A stretch of 64,000 nucleotides of DNA from positions 112,160,001-112,224,000 of the forward strand of contig NC_087436.1 of the NCBI RefSeq assembly GCF_036321535.1, written 5' to 3'. Of this stretch, positions 51,435 to 63,663 are shown piece after piece. How positions within the stretch are numbered: the first letter of the stretch is position 1; every line of letters starts with the position of its first letter. A program made the position numbers and the translations under genes. The notes under the pieces were generated by a model that was not told the DNA's origin, searched no databases, and saw only the letters and a list, made by a program, of their open reading frames with translations. Source of the stretch: Camelus dromedarius. Lineage: Eukaryota.

Positions 51435-51650
51435 TTTGAGCACTGACCTCAGTCCAGGCATTGCATTAAGGAGTTATGTATATTGTTTCAAACCTCCAGA
51501 GATAAGGATCATTATCTGCATTTTAAAGGTGAGGAAACTAAGATTCAGAGAGGCTGAAATTCTTGGCCAAGAACACACAGCTAGTAAACGGCAGACTTGG
51601 GGGTTTGAATCCAGAGGAATCTGGCTCTAAAGTCTGCACCCTTCTGTATC
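51435..51650 (-). mobile_element. MIR SINE
   Basis: attttaaaggtgaggaaactaagattcagagagg...acacagctagtaa. Confidence 0.75.
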
Positions 51651-52548
51651 ATGCACCTCTCTGTGCGTAGATCAATGCCATGCGCAAGGAACAACATGAG
51701 AGATAGTGAGAGCCTTTGAACCTGGTCTCTTAGCAGAGATTTAGGTCATTCATACTCAGAGAGGTATACAACAGAGCAGTGAGGAGTGAAAAGCATAGGG
51801 CCGGAGCCAGGCAGACCCGACTGTGAACCTCTCCTCTGCCTTTCAAATGGCTATGTAGCCTTGGGTATATTATAAGAATCACACTTTTTGATATCAGCAC
51901 TGGGTGACTTAATGGCTTCGAGTCTGAGTTTTCTCACCCGTTAAAGGTAACAGGAGGCGGTGCGGGTTAATGATATAATATATGTCAGGTACACACCCCA
52001 GGGACAGACATAGGTTGGGTGCTCTGCAGAGATTATTAAGTTTTGACTCAACAAATATTTGAGTATGCCTCATACCATGTTAAATAAAAGGCAGAGCAAA
52101 GTAAAACAGGGCTTGCTGTAGGTAAGGAGCTGAAGCAGGAAAATTCCCAATGCAAGCAGAAGCACTGAGATGTACATAGGTTGGGAGTAAGCGCTTATAG
52201 ACGCAAGAGTTCCTTGTGGGAGGGGATGTTCACAGACGGATGTGAGATCTGAGCCTGACCTTGGAGGACCTGAAGGCTCATCCCGGTGTGACTCAAACGT
52301 GGTTCGCAGACCAGGGCCAGACTGCAAACTCTTAGTGATCCACACCAAAATAAGGAGCTTGCTCAGGAATATAAATCAACTACCTTGTTGAACACATTGT
52401 TCAGTTCATCTGACTAATTTTTTGACACAAGACTTTCTCAAGGAAGGAAGCAATGAACTGAGTTCTCTCTGCCTGAAGCTCCTTATCCTGTCATGGAAAC
52501 TTAGCAAACAGTGAAGACCACCTTCTTTGAACAGCACTGGTTTGGAAC

Positions 52549-52678
52549 CGAGGTCAGCAACCTTTCTGTGAATGGCCAGATGGTAAGTATCTGGGGAGTT
52601 TGTGAGTCAGATAGACTCTGTCATAGCTGTTCAACTCTAGCGTTGTAACAAAGAAGCAACTCTGGACAATACGTGAGA
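52549..52678. mobile_element. MER58A-like hAT-Charlie fragment
   Basis: ggtcagcaacctttctgtgaatggccagatggtaagtat...ctctgtcatagctgttcaactct. Confidence 0.7.
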
Positions 52679-55031
52679 AGGTCTTTGAAGCAAGAGCAAC
52701 CTGATCTGCTATGGATCTAGGAACCCTAGACAAACTTATATGCAAAGAATAGATGGTTCAAGCTCAGAGGATGTCATCCATCGTCTGGACAAGACTGAAT
52801 TAAAATCTCAGTGGTCAAGACCCAGCTGTGGGAGCTAGCCAGATGCCAGCCCCAAGGCATCAGCTTTTTAGGCCAGAGCCAAGTCTGCCAGGCATCACTC
52901 TCCCCAGGCTCAGGCCAGGAGGTGAGCAAGAAGAACCAGCGTGAGTGTGTAGCTAAGGAGAATCAAGTTTCTCCAGAAGTGTCAGATGAAAACAAAACAA
53001 AGCCAAACAGTATGCCATCTAGATTTGCTAGGCTCTTTGTTACTATGAAAAGGCAGGAGTCCTGGGACTGAGGTAAGATCTCCTGGCCCAGCCAGGCCAT
53101 GCAGTAATTGGGTAGATACATGTGCATGTGTGCAAAGCATTCTGCACAGAGGAGGCAGTCAGTTATTTATCAAATGGACAAATTCATCACCTCTAAGCCC
53201 AGAGGACAATGCCTAATCTGTCTGCCACTAGCAAATGACTCCTTGCTATAAATCTGGCCAAGATCTCTGTTAATCATTCATCCATCCATCCTTCCACTTA
53301 CTCCTTCATTCACACAGCAAGTTAACGGGGTGGTTGTAGGTTTTGGTTTCACACCAAAGGGTCAGTGCTGCAGCAGAATCGCAGAAAATGAAATCAGAAG
53401 CCTAAGAGAAGCAATTCCAGTCTCAAACTTTCAGGAAATCTATAAAAAGGCATCCTGAGAGCCTTGCTGGGATAGGCAGGGACTTTCTTCAGGATCCTAA
53501 CTGGACCTGGCAGGGACTACACATTTAGGGAGTTTGTATTCAAAGAGAGGTCTCAGGCCTTGCTGGCCCCTGCCCCCCACCCGTGCCCTGGGATTCCTCC
53601 TGGTATCCTCAGGCAACCTAAATAAAGAGGTAAACTAAGGCAAAGTAAGCTCAATTGACCAGAAATGGAGTTTATTCAGGAATAGTGGAGAGCCTGTAGT
53701 TAGGGAAACGAATGCTGTAGTCAGCTCCTAGAAGTCTGTTGAGGGTTTGGGGTGAGCTGTATTTATGGACAAGGAGTGCAAAGAGGGAGAAGTCCAGCCA
53801 GAGCCCCAGCAGCAAGTTTATTGGCTTGAGGATGGGGAGGGATTCTTGGCGGCGTTCATTGGTCTGGAAGTAAGCTTCCGTCATCTCTGAATCAAGTCCT
53901 TACATGAATCCGGTCTCTTGGTTCTTAAGTTCCCGTCTTCTGAGGGCAGGGCAGGAGTCTCCATTTCTTTGTCCTCCGGTTCCATTTTAGATTGAGACTC
54001 TTTCCCATCTCCAACACCAGCGCGGGTGGAGACCAAACTCCTTCGCAGCCTGGCACACAGGCTGCTGCGGGGTTGCAGATATCACTGTCTGTGGCCTTTC
54101 TTTTCTGGCAAAGGGACTAGTCCACTGGGAACTTTGTAGCAGTCACAACTTTGCAGATAAAATCATTCTTTAAAATCACAGGGCCCTGTGCTATTATGCT
54201 CAGTGCCATTAACATGCCCTTGAGGATGGAGTGGTGTGTGGGTGTGTGTGGGTATGCATGCGTGTGTGTTCACGCGTGCATGTGTGTGTATCTAGTGTCG
54301 GGGCAAAGGCATCTATATTGTTGCCTGGATCATGTATATTACCAACAGGGGACTTTTACCTAGAGTCAATGGATGCGCCTGTAAGAGGGTTCATAAACCT
54401 CCCTCCAGATATCTTGTACAAAATTTGGAAGACAAACTGCAGAGCCTTCACCAGATTCTCAAGGGGGTCTGAGACCTCAAGGAGAGCAGGAATCCTGGCT
54501 CCAGAAGGATTTGGCTAGTGACTGCGGGAACCTACTCCCCGAACCGTCTTCCTGATCTCATTTCATAAGGGCCCCAGGCCTTTGCTGTTGCCAAGATGCA
54601 CTGGCTTGCTGCCCGAGAAGGCAGGCGCTTGTCTGAGTTAGTTCTGCCACCTACAGCACACAGCCCGGCAAAGGCTTCTGCTCCACATCGCAGAGCAAGA
54701 GGGAGGCTTATTTGCATATATGAATAAGGGGCGGGCTGCCTCTCCACCCTGTTCCCCTGCACTGGAAGAGAAATGGCTTTGGGGACACCTGATTAGTATT
54801 CAGAGATGCAAATTCCTTTGGGGTGGGTTATAGCGATGGTAAGATATTTTTACAGGGGGAAGGGATAAATCCTGAGGATTAGCACCTGGTAAAAAGTGTT
54901 GCCCAAAACCCGGAGAGGAAAGGCGGTGGGAAAAAAAAAAGATAATGAGCTCATGGATTCTTGCAATAAACACAACTCTCCCATTTTCCTAGCACGTTCA
55001 GTGCTGATAACCCTTTCGAGGTCCAAATAGG

Positions 55032-55093
55032 TCTAACTTGTCATATAATAAAAATACTTGCCATCTAACTTGTCATATAATGAAAATATTTGC
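55032..55093. repeat. Tandem duplication with a 32-bp period
   Basis: tctaacttgtcatataataaaaatacttgcca / tctaacttgtcatataatgaaaatatttgc. Confidence 0.9.
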
Positions 55094-56307
55094 TTCAGTA
55101 AGATGTGATTTTCTAAACTGCTTGAAGTGTAAACACAAGGTTGTTTTCCTAATGTGCTAAAGTCAGAGGGGCTGAATACTCGCTGAGGACTGAGACCGTG
55201 TTACGCTCATAGTTATGTTCCCAACACCTAAGCAAAGTGCTTGACATTTAGGAGGAAACTCAATAAATGCTCGCTGATTTAAAGTAATAGAAATGTGGTT
55301 TGCTTTGTGATCTGTGCTGTGGTTGCTAACATATAATCCTGATAGCTACTGTTGGTTGAACTTATGTGCCAAGACAAAGTACCTCAAATTTTCCAAATAA
55401 TATACAAGATGGGTATGGTTCTACAGATGAAACCGAGACCCAGCATGATTGAGCAGCTCACTTGGGGATATGCTCATGGTGACAGAATCAAAATCTATAC
55501 GTAGATCTCTCAGCTTCTGAATCCATGCTTGTTCCATGCCATCCATGTATTTTATATCCATTGTAAGTCAGTTTCTCAAGAATGGGAATGGACCAAAAGG
55601 AGATGGTTTGCAAACCTTGATATTGTTTTTTAATTAAAAGAAAAAGTTTTCCCAGTCCTTAGAATTTCTCTGAAAGCTTTTCTTACTGTCCTAGCTTAAT
55701 AAGAGATGCAAACATCTTCTGACCCTGGCTGAATCTAGCAGTGGTTCTTCTTTGATGGTTAATCCATTCTTATCTCTATGTGTAGAGAGGTTGGTGGAAT
55801 CCTTCACTTTGTTTGGTGTGAGTGGCAGGGGAAGATGAGGTTGTCTGTAGTTGGCACATACTTTGATTTCCAGCGAGGAATTCTTAGTAGAGGAATACAC
55901 ATTTGCAGGGTTGGAATATGAACTTAATTGCCTAGTAACCCTCCCTCTTTCAGAGGTTTTTTCTTATTAACATTTTAGGTTTCAAAAATGACTCCAAAGT
56001 AAACAAGGAGATAAACAAGACTGAAGATGCATCATAACTAACCCGTGTCTCATTACTTGACAGCTCTATGCACCAGGGTTGAGTGGCTTTGTCTCTTTGG
56101 CTCACATTGTGCTTGTGTTGTTCAGGCTTTGAAATCTTTGTCCCTTCTTCCAAAGAAGCTGCAAATGGAAGGAGATTACAGTTTGCCTTGAAATGGGGAT
56201 AGTGGTTTTGGCAAAGTTTAGATTATCAATAGGTGGTGCATTAGCCAGGAAGAGTAGGGGGAAGAATTCCAAGTAGAGGGAACCCAGAGGACAAAGAAGA
56301 GTGTGAC

Positions 56308-56829
56308 AGATGACTGGATACAGAAGCTGTGGTATGTGTGTGTGTATACATATATATATATACACACACACTATGGAATACTACTACTCAGCCATAAGAA
56401 AGAATGGCATAATGCCATTTGCAGCAACATCGATGAACCTGGAGATTATCATACTAAATGAATTAAGTCAGACAGAGAAAGACAATTGTCATATACTATC
56501 ACTTATATGCAGAATCTAAAAAAAGATACAAATGAACTTATGTACAAAACAGAAACAGACGAACAGACATAGAAAACAAATTTACGGTTACCAAAGGGGA
56601 AAGGAGGATGGAGGGATAAATTAGGAATCTGGGATCAGCAGGTACAAACTACTACATGTGAAATAGATAAACAACAAGGTCTTACTGTATAGCACAGGGA
56701 ACTATATTTGATATCTTGTAATAACCTATGATGAAAAAGAATATGAAAAAAGAATGTATGTGTATGTATAACTGAATCACTAGATTGTACACCAGAAACT
56801 AACACAGCATTTGGAAAAAAAAAAAAAAA
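56308..56829 (+). mobile_element. 5'-truncated LINE-1 3' end with poly(A) and 11-bp TSD
   Basis: MEYYYSAIRKNGIMPFAATSMNLEIIILNELSQ (L1 ORF2 end) plus 3' UTR and A-tail. Exact aagagtgtgac at 56297-56307 and 56830-56840. Confidence 0.93.
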
Positions 56830-57865
56830 AAGAGTGTGACCTCTAGGGAATGACTCATGTAAGAAATGACAGAATGGAAGGGGTAGTAGAAAAGATGGGC
56901 TGATGAAGGTGGGGCTTGCACACCTGCCTTTCATAATAAAATGACGTTTTTCCAAATGGGAAAGGAATTGCCAGCTTTCGTACTGCCGTGATTGCAAGGG
57001 CGATGGATGCATCATTCCCAGTTGCGGTCCTTGCCCTCTTAGATACAGTCCCTTCAATGCAGCAGTATTCTCATCGGTTTCCAGCCAAGAAGGAATTCAG
57101 GAAAGTCCACAGGAATCCTTTCTTATTTCATTCATTAATCTTTGTCGTCAGATGTCTTGGACCAAAGTAAAGCTGAAAGATCTAACCAAAGGAGAGAAGA
57201 AGGCGGCCGTGTGCAGAACCACAGTACAGGCTCCCACTCTGAATGAGACTCAGCATATGTTATCAACAACCTCATCTTCTGTAAAATACAAACAAGAACA
57301 TGAATAAAAATAAAATAGTATGCATCGTGGCCCTTTATGAGAGTTAGGATCAAAAACGTACCTGTAGTTGTCACTTTGTTCTCCAAAGTTTAAAGGATGG
57401 CTTTCAACGCCACATAATCTACATAAACTAGCATTGTAACTCAGTGTGTGGTTATACAAACAGAACAACAGCAAAAACCAGAGTAGAAATCAGAGCATGC
57501 TGTGCTCCATGGAAGAGAGCTTTTTCTCCTTTAACCAGGGAGAATTGTTTGAATTCAGGATAGAGCTACATATACCCACCTGACAGCCTGTACAGAATGT
57601 GTGGGTATGTACGTGTGTGCATGTATGTGTGTGTATAAATCACACTCGACTATGATATTATAAATGATGGTGAATTCAGTGAACATTATTAAGTGTTGGT
57701 AATATTTCTTTTCCTCTAAACATATATAGAGAAAATGAAAACAGGGGGTGGGAGGGGAGAAGAAAATTACCTTTAAGTTTCCTAATGGATTCCAACTGTT
57801 AACATTATTTATTGCAAATAATATCATCAAGGAGTGAAACACCAATGTCTTTGAACTCCTTGCAG

Positions 57866-57989
57866 TTGTGTGTAATCCTGGAGCCAATGCAGGAACTGAT
57901 GTCCAGACATAAAACTTACAACCTCAGTCCCCGAGACTGCCTGAAGACCTGCTTGTTTCAGAAGTGGCAGCGGATGGTGGCACCGCCAG
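57866..57989 (+). CDS. LDB2: LDB2 internal coding exon (124 bp, phase 0/1; probably exon 6), LDB/Chip conserved domain (SSBP-binding region)
   Basis: Encodes LCVILEPMQELMSRHKTYNLSPRDCLKTCLFQKWQRMVAPP plus G of the next codon. Acceptor ccttgcAG (57864-57865), donor GTacga (57990). Confidence 0.97.
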
Positions 57990-58396
57990 GTACGACCTCG
58001 CTCTTCACTTTCGTTCGACGTGCTTTTTCAGAGGCTTCTTCGGAGGATGAACTTATGTGAAAAGGAAGTGTTCATAAATGTAGCAGGAAAAGTGGCTGTT
58101 TATGAGTCATATTCTAACCATGATGTTGGACCCAGAGACATTGAATTTGTGAATAGCGAGTGTCCTTCTTAAATGTAGTGACCATCCTCCACAGTCTCCT
58201 CACTTACTAAATTAGGACCTGAAACCCACAGAAGAAAATTGATTTATTTAGTGTTACCAAGAAGATATTGGCAAAGCCAAAATCAGAACCAAGGTTTCCT
58301 GTCTCCCAGGCTAGTGGTTATTCCACTGGACAAGAGCAGTGGCTGCTCATGGCTAATTGTGATTTTGTGTGTTCTTTTAAGAATGATAGAAATCAT

Positions 58397-58492
58397 GAAA
58401 AGAAAAGGAGGGAGGGAGAGAGGGAGGGAGGAAGGAAAGAAGAAAGAAGGGGAGAATAGGAAGGCAGCAGAGAGAAGAGAAGGAAGGAAAAT
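58397..58492. repeat. Purine-rich low-complexity tract
   Basis: Directly visible. Confidence 0.85.
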
Positions 58493-60078
58493 AAACAGCG
58501 TTCTATTTTTTAAGACATATATTATCAAAGGGTACGCTGATCATGAAAAGAACACATAAAAGACTCCATTTTTCTCACTTCCCTAGAATGCAGTTTGAGA
58601 TGCTATAGTCTCCTGCTGGGATTCTAAAATTACTGCTTCAAGTCATCATTAATTGTCTTTCTAGCTAATACATTTTCACTCCTAGGCATGTGTCGAGCCT
58701 TGCTGATCATAAAAGCAAAATGTATCCATTCGCTAAAAATTATTTTTATAAAGAGTAGTTATTAACATGAGGCACATAGCTTTCTGAATCACAAAACATA
58801 ATGGTCACCTTCCTCTGGGAATTGGCCAGGGGTTTTATATACAATGAAAAGAGCAGATGTAACCAAGTACATATTTAGAAAGCTGAGAAAAATGAGCATT
58901 ATTTTACACCGAATATTTGCATCCCCACCTTAGGGGAATTTTAGACATTTAGAACATTATTTTTCAAATATATTAAATGTGCTAAAATTGGCCTTATTTT
59001 TTCTTTCAATATCAATACGTCTCTACGGGAAAAACAATTCCACCCACTAAATGCTTTGAGCACTTATATTTCCCAAACATGCATATTGAATTCATATACT
59101 ATTGATTAATTCATTCATTTATTCAACAATTACTTATTGAACCCCTACTTGGTGCCAGGCACTCCTCTAGCCACAATGGGCACCACTACATATGAAACAG
59201 TCACAAGTCCCAGCCCTCACGGACCTTCAATTCTCTTATTGAATCCTCACAATAATGTCATGAGGTATTTCTTGTTATTCCCATTTTCTTAATAGGCCTG
59301 AGATTTAAAGTAGTAATTTGCCCAAGTTAGCTTGAAGCTAATCAATGGAAGCCTATGTTACAGCAGGTTTTTGTGTCTTCAGTTCATGACTTTATTACCA
59401 CAGCTACCTACTGCCAGTGGGAGTCATCCAGAACATATGATTTAAGTATATTTTTCCCAAATTCCATGAAAAAAGTACAGATACTTTTTTTTAAAAGCAG
59501 CAGATTTCCAATTCAAGTCAAGGGAAGGCAATGCCTGTCAGGGGAAACCTGGGTTTTCTTGACTTTAGAATGTACAGCTCAACTTTTCTCCAACCTGTTG
59601 GATAGGCCCTTTGGTGAAAATCTTTAAACATAAGAGACACAATATTTATGAAAGAAAAAGATAAGGTATGAATAGAAACATAATCTCATTCATCATTAAA
59701 AGTCAGGAATGACATGGTGGAATAAGTCATCTTTGAAATGCGCCTTAAAGGAGATCTTCCACATTGTGCATCAGAAGCAGCATTGGTGTGCTAAGAAAAT
59801 GCTACAAAGATCCCTCACTTAGTTCCAGTGTGGCCCTGGCTTACCTTCTCCCCGTCAGAGTTGGATCTAGAATAGGGTTACTGAAAAGGATGCTCTTACA
59901 TTCCATTTCCAACTCAATTAGTAACTGCCTCTAACAGGCTTCTGAAGATTTATCATTTCCCCAAACAAAGATTATAATAGTACCTAATTAATAGAGTTGC
60001 AATGAATATAAAATAACATAGAAAACATTAAGATGAAAACATTGAGTAATGCTCCCAATACACAATAAATAAATAAGC

Positions 60079-60100
60079 TAATTAATTAATTAATTAATTA
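60079..60100. repeat. (TAAT)n microsatellite at the end of a MIR-like relic
   Basis: taattaattaattaattaatta. Confidence 0.85.
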
Positions 60101-60910
60101 AAATTCTTCTTACCACACATTTCCATGGGTCCCTATGCTTCCATTAAGATTTTGCCCCATCCTTTAGGTCCAAAATATTTTTCTTTATTTCTAAACAGGC
60201 CTTTCTGGAAGACATCTAGCTTCTTTTCATTAATATGTTAGCTGTAGCATACAAAGACATTTTTCCCCCAGGAATTTTGAAATTAGTAGCATCCTTTAAA
60301 CACCAGGGTCCAAACCATGGGTATTTCTACTGAGCTCAGGAATCCCTAAGTTACATATTGATGGCTGATAGAATGGACATGCCTCTTCTTTTTACCTCAG
60401 CATTTCAAGGCGTAATAGAGCTGGGCTGCACTGTGACACTTAGCCAGCAGATGTCACAGTTATTCGCTAGTTCACAAATTTAACTAAGTTACTATTGCAT
60501 TCCTTAGAGGTTCCCAAGGGATCCCAGAGCCCTCCTTTTGTTATAAGAAGAAAGTAAACCAGAGAAAAAAAAATCCTCCCCAAATTCATACCGGTAATAA
60601 TATTTTAAATTCAAATTATGATAGTGTTGTAACTCACCCCTAAGATATATTAATAGATTCCAGACATATAGATGAAATCAGAAAGAGCAATGAAATACAA
60701 ATCATTTTATCAAGATACTAAAGAAAAGAGTTTCACACATTTTGTGCTGAAAATAAATCATCGGCTTCTCCTTTTATTTTTCAGGAAGTTAGAAGAAATA
60801 GGAAAAGTGTAAATAGTCTGCTCTTTAATTTACAAAAACAGAGTCACTGGAGGGACAGTGTTCCGATGGTAGCCCTGGAACTGATCCTCCTTCCATTTTC
60901 CATATTGCAG

Positions 60911-61062
60911 CAGAACCCACAAGGCAACCGACAACTAAACGGAGGAAAAGGAAAAACTCCACCAGCAGCACTTCCAACAGCAGCGCTGGGGCCAATGCCA
61001 ACAGCACGGGCAGCAAGAAGAAGACGCCGGCCGCCAACCTGAGTCTGTCCAGTCAGGTACCT
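60911..61062 (+). CDS. LDB2: LDB2 internal coding exon (152 bp, phase 1/0; probably exon 7) with the NLS (KRRKRK)
   Basis: Encodes (A)EPTRQPTTKRRKRKNSTSSTSNSSAGANANSTGSKKKTPAANLSLSSQVP. Acceptor ttgcAG (60909-60910), donor GTaagt (61063). Phase matches the previous exon. Absent from the ORF track on the + strand. Confidence 0.96.
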
Positions 61063-63558
61063 GTAAGTCTCGCTTTCCTTTCAGGCCTGAAATCTCGCCT
61101 TTGCCTGTCTCCCAGTTCCAGAGGCCCACAAAGACCTTCCGGGCAGATCGAGGGTGGGAGAGGAGGGTGGGGGCCGGGCTTTGGAGGGAGAAGGAGAATT
61201 CTGTCATGGAAACCTTCCCCTGCAAACTGGGAATTGTAAAGGAATATTAAGACTCTGTGCTGCAGTGGGACCTGAATTAAAAAGCCGTCAGAGTCACAGA
61301 CAGGAGATATGTCACTTAAGGCTTAATTAAAATATCACTTAGCAGGGTTCCTGGTGGCATCAAAGGGGCTCTTGGCACCATCACGGGCCCCTGTGCTCCA
61401 CTGGAAACTAGCTCCCGGCACTCAGGCTCCAGACTGTCATTTGACTGCCCCCACCTCTCCCCCAATGGGCGTCCCCTTTTAGTTTAAAACTCAGGCAATT
61501 AACTCAAGGCCACTAAAAATGCAGCTCAGTGGATTTTGCTTTCCTGTTTCATTAGCTTAAGGGGAGGGTGAGCTCCTGGTTTGGTCTCAACTCTCTTGAC
61601 CTCTTGACCTCTTTCATTCATTTCTGGGTCTTAACAAACGAAATGGGCCACTTAGAAGGGGGCTTCTTTGAACTCCAAAGCTGACAGCTGAGGGCATCCC
61701 CACAGAGTGTAAACTGTGCAGGAATTTTCTTCCCCTCCTATGATTTCTTCCCCAGTTTGCTTCCTTCTGTCTAATTCTTTCCTGATTCCGAATTCCTCAT
61801 CCCAGTATTAGACCACTTTCCACTTTTAAATTCTCATGTTCCTTTAAGCATCTCTGACCCCTTCTCTCCACCACCATGACTTATGGGATCTCCTTCTCTG
61901 CTTCTCTTGTCTCATCACCCTTCCCCAGGCTTTGTCCTTCCAGCCCTGACATTTCTGTGGTGTTTCATAGATCCCTCTAGACAGTCTGGCTTCAAAAGTG
62001 CGCCCTTCCTTATGACTTCCCTCAACCAATGCAGTTTCGCCTCGCCTCCCTTCCTCCCTCTCCTTCTGGTTCTGATCTTGCTCCAACTCCACATGAGAGC
62101 GGACCTTCCTTTCAGGGCGATTTTCCTCTGACTTCTAAATGTGTCTTTCAAATCTGTCCCCTACCACTCCCCCAGTTTCCATTGGTCAGTTCTCTTTGAC
62201 TAAAACCAGCCCCATCAGGACCTGAGAATTACCTGGCCTCTCCTCCCATCCTCCATAGACAGAGGGTATGATTTTCATTCCCATTGCATTAGAAAGAAAG
62301 GGTCATGAGACAATGGCCAACCTTGTAGGGGAGACGCCCTTTTAGCTTTAAGACCACTAGGAATTGTAGTCCTTAAATAATACCAGAGTTGCCTCTGCTG
62401 TTTGAACTGGGCTGTCACCCCTGAAGAGTCAGGGGGAAAAAAGTCAAAGGAGAAAAGCAGAGCCTTTTAATTAAGTTGCCAATAAATTTTACCCACTCCT
62501 GGCTAAATTAGAAAATGCATAGAAAGAATGGCCAGATGTAAATAAATCAACCCAGAAAGTGCACACAAGTAGCCTCTTTATTCATCTAATTCTGGAGTTT
62601 TAGAAACTAACATTTGTTAGTTTTCACTAACAAATGAAAGTAAATTCCAGAGAATTCTGGAACTCTGACATAGCTACTTAAAGGCACAGTGGCTGCAAGA
62701 ATTCGGATCAGTTCACCAAATGTTTTCTGAGCTCCTACTATGGGCTCCACACTACTGGTAATACCAACATCTGAAAAACAAACAAGAGAAGACCCAGGCT
62801 CTGTCACTGAAGAGCTCACTGTCTAATAGAAGGATGATAAGAGGTTCCTGTCTCCTGCCCATTCAGTCTCCTGGTGTCAGCTCACAGGACACAGTGTTGA
62901 GAAGGATCCTGAGGCCTAGATTGGATTTGGTGGGCCATCCATTGGTGATGTCTGCCATGGGTGCAGAATACTAGCGTAGTTGTCTGTATTTTGACATACC
63001 TAGTCAAAATCATTTCAATTTTTCTAAAGAGCACCTAGTTTTTCTTACTTCATTACGCTCTTCAAACCAACAACTGCGTTTTGGTGGAAGATACTTATGT
63101 CAAGGGGGTTTTTAATGAGTTGAGACCCTTTGGATTTGGTGAGAATCAGTCACCATTAGAAAGCTGCGAGTAGAATTTCAGCACTGCCCCTGCACCATGC
63201 AATTAAAGATGCTTTCATCAAGTAAAACTTAGAGATGGCTGGGAGAAACAGGGAAGTCATCCAGGAAAATATGTAAATTTCTCTGTGCACTCTGGCCAAA
63301 TGGATGTCAAATGATAAAGCCTGGCTGGCTTGTAATGACCACATCTTTTAACCCCATCTACTGAATGACCCACACCACCTTCCAGTTTAAATAAAACTGC
63401 AGTCTGCAGACTTTAGCTGCCTCATTCAAAGGCACAAACAGACTGGATGTGCTACCCCGACCACAGCTGTGGTCTGCCCAGCTGCCATGGCAGCAACGTG
63501 TGTGTCTGGTGAGGGCTAGGGTTTAATCCTTGGATTCTGCTTCTCACTCCATGAGCAG

Positions 63559-63663
63559 GGGCTAGGAGCCATCCCGAACTGCAGCCTCAACCCTGGGAGG
63601 GATGGAGACCTGTGTCATTCAACAGCAGTGACCCCTTCTGGCCAATTTAAGGAGAAGCATTGA
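63559..63663 (+). CDS. LDB2: LDB2 alternative 3' coding exon (short isoform b-type C-terminus, no LIM-interaction domain)
   Basis: After pyrimidine-rich ttctgcttctcactccatgagcAG (63557-63558) it reads GLGAIPNCSLNPGRDGDLCHSTAVTPSGQFKEKH then TGA (63661-63663), in phase 0. This matches my recollection of the short LDB2 isoform C-terminus. Confidence 0.88.
   Translation, partial: GLGAIPNCSLNPGRDGDLCHSTAVTPSGQFKEKH

Larger units (their letters stand above)
4080..57865 (+). other. LDB2: Large LDB2 intron (53,786 bp)
   Basis: GT at 4080 and AG at 57864-57865 join NYLR|LCVILEP in frame. Confidence 0.93.

Noticed and set aside
60825..61225. Antisense hydrophobic ORFs resembling a membrane peptide
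   Set aside because: Shadow of the Lys/Asn/Ser-rich LDB2 exon on the opposite strand.
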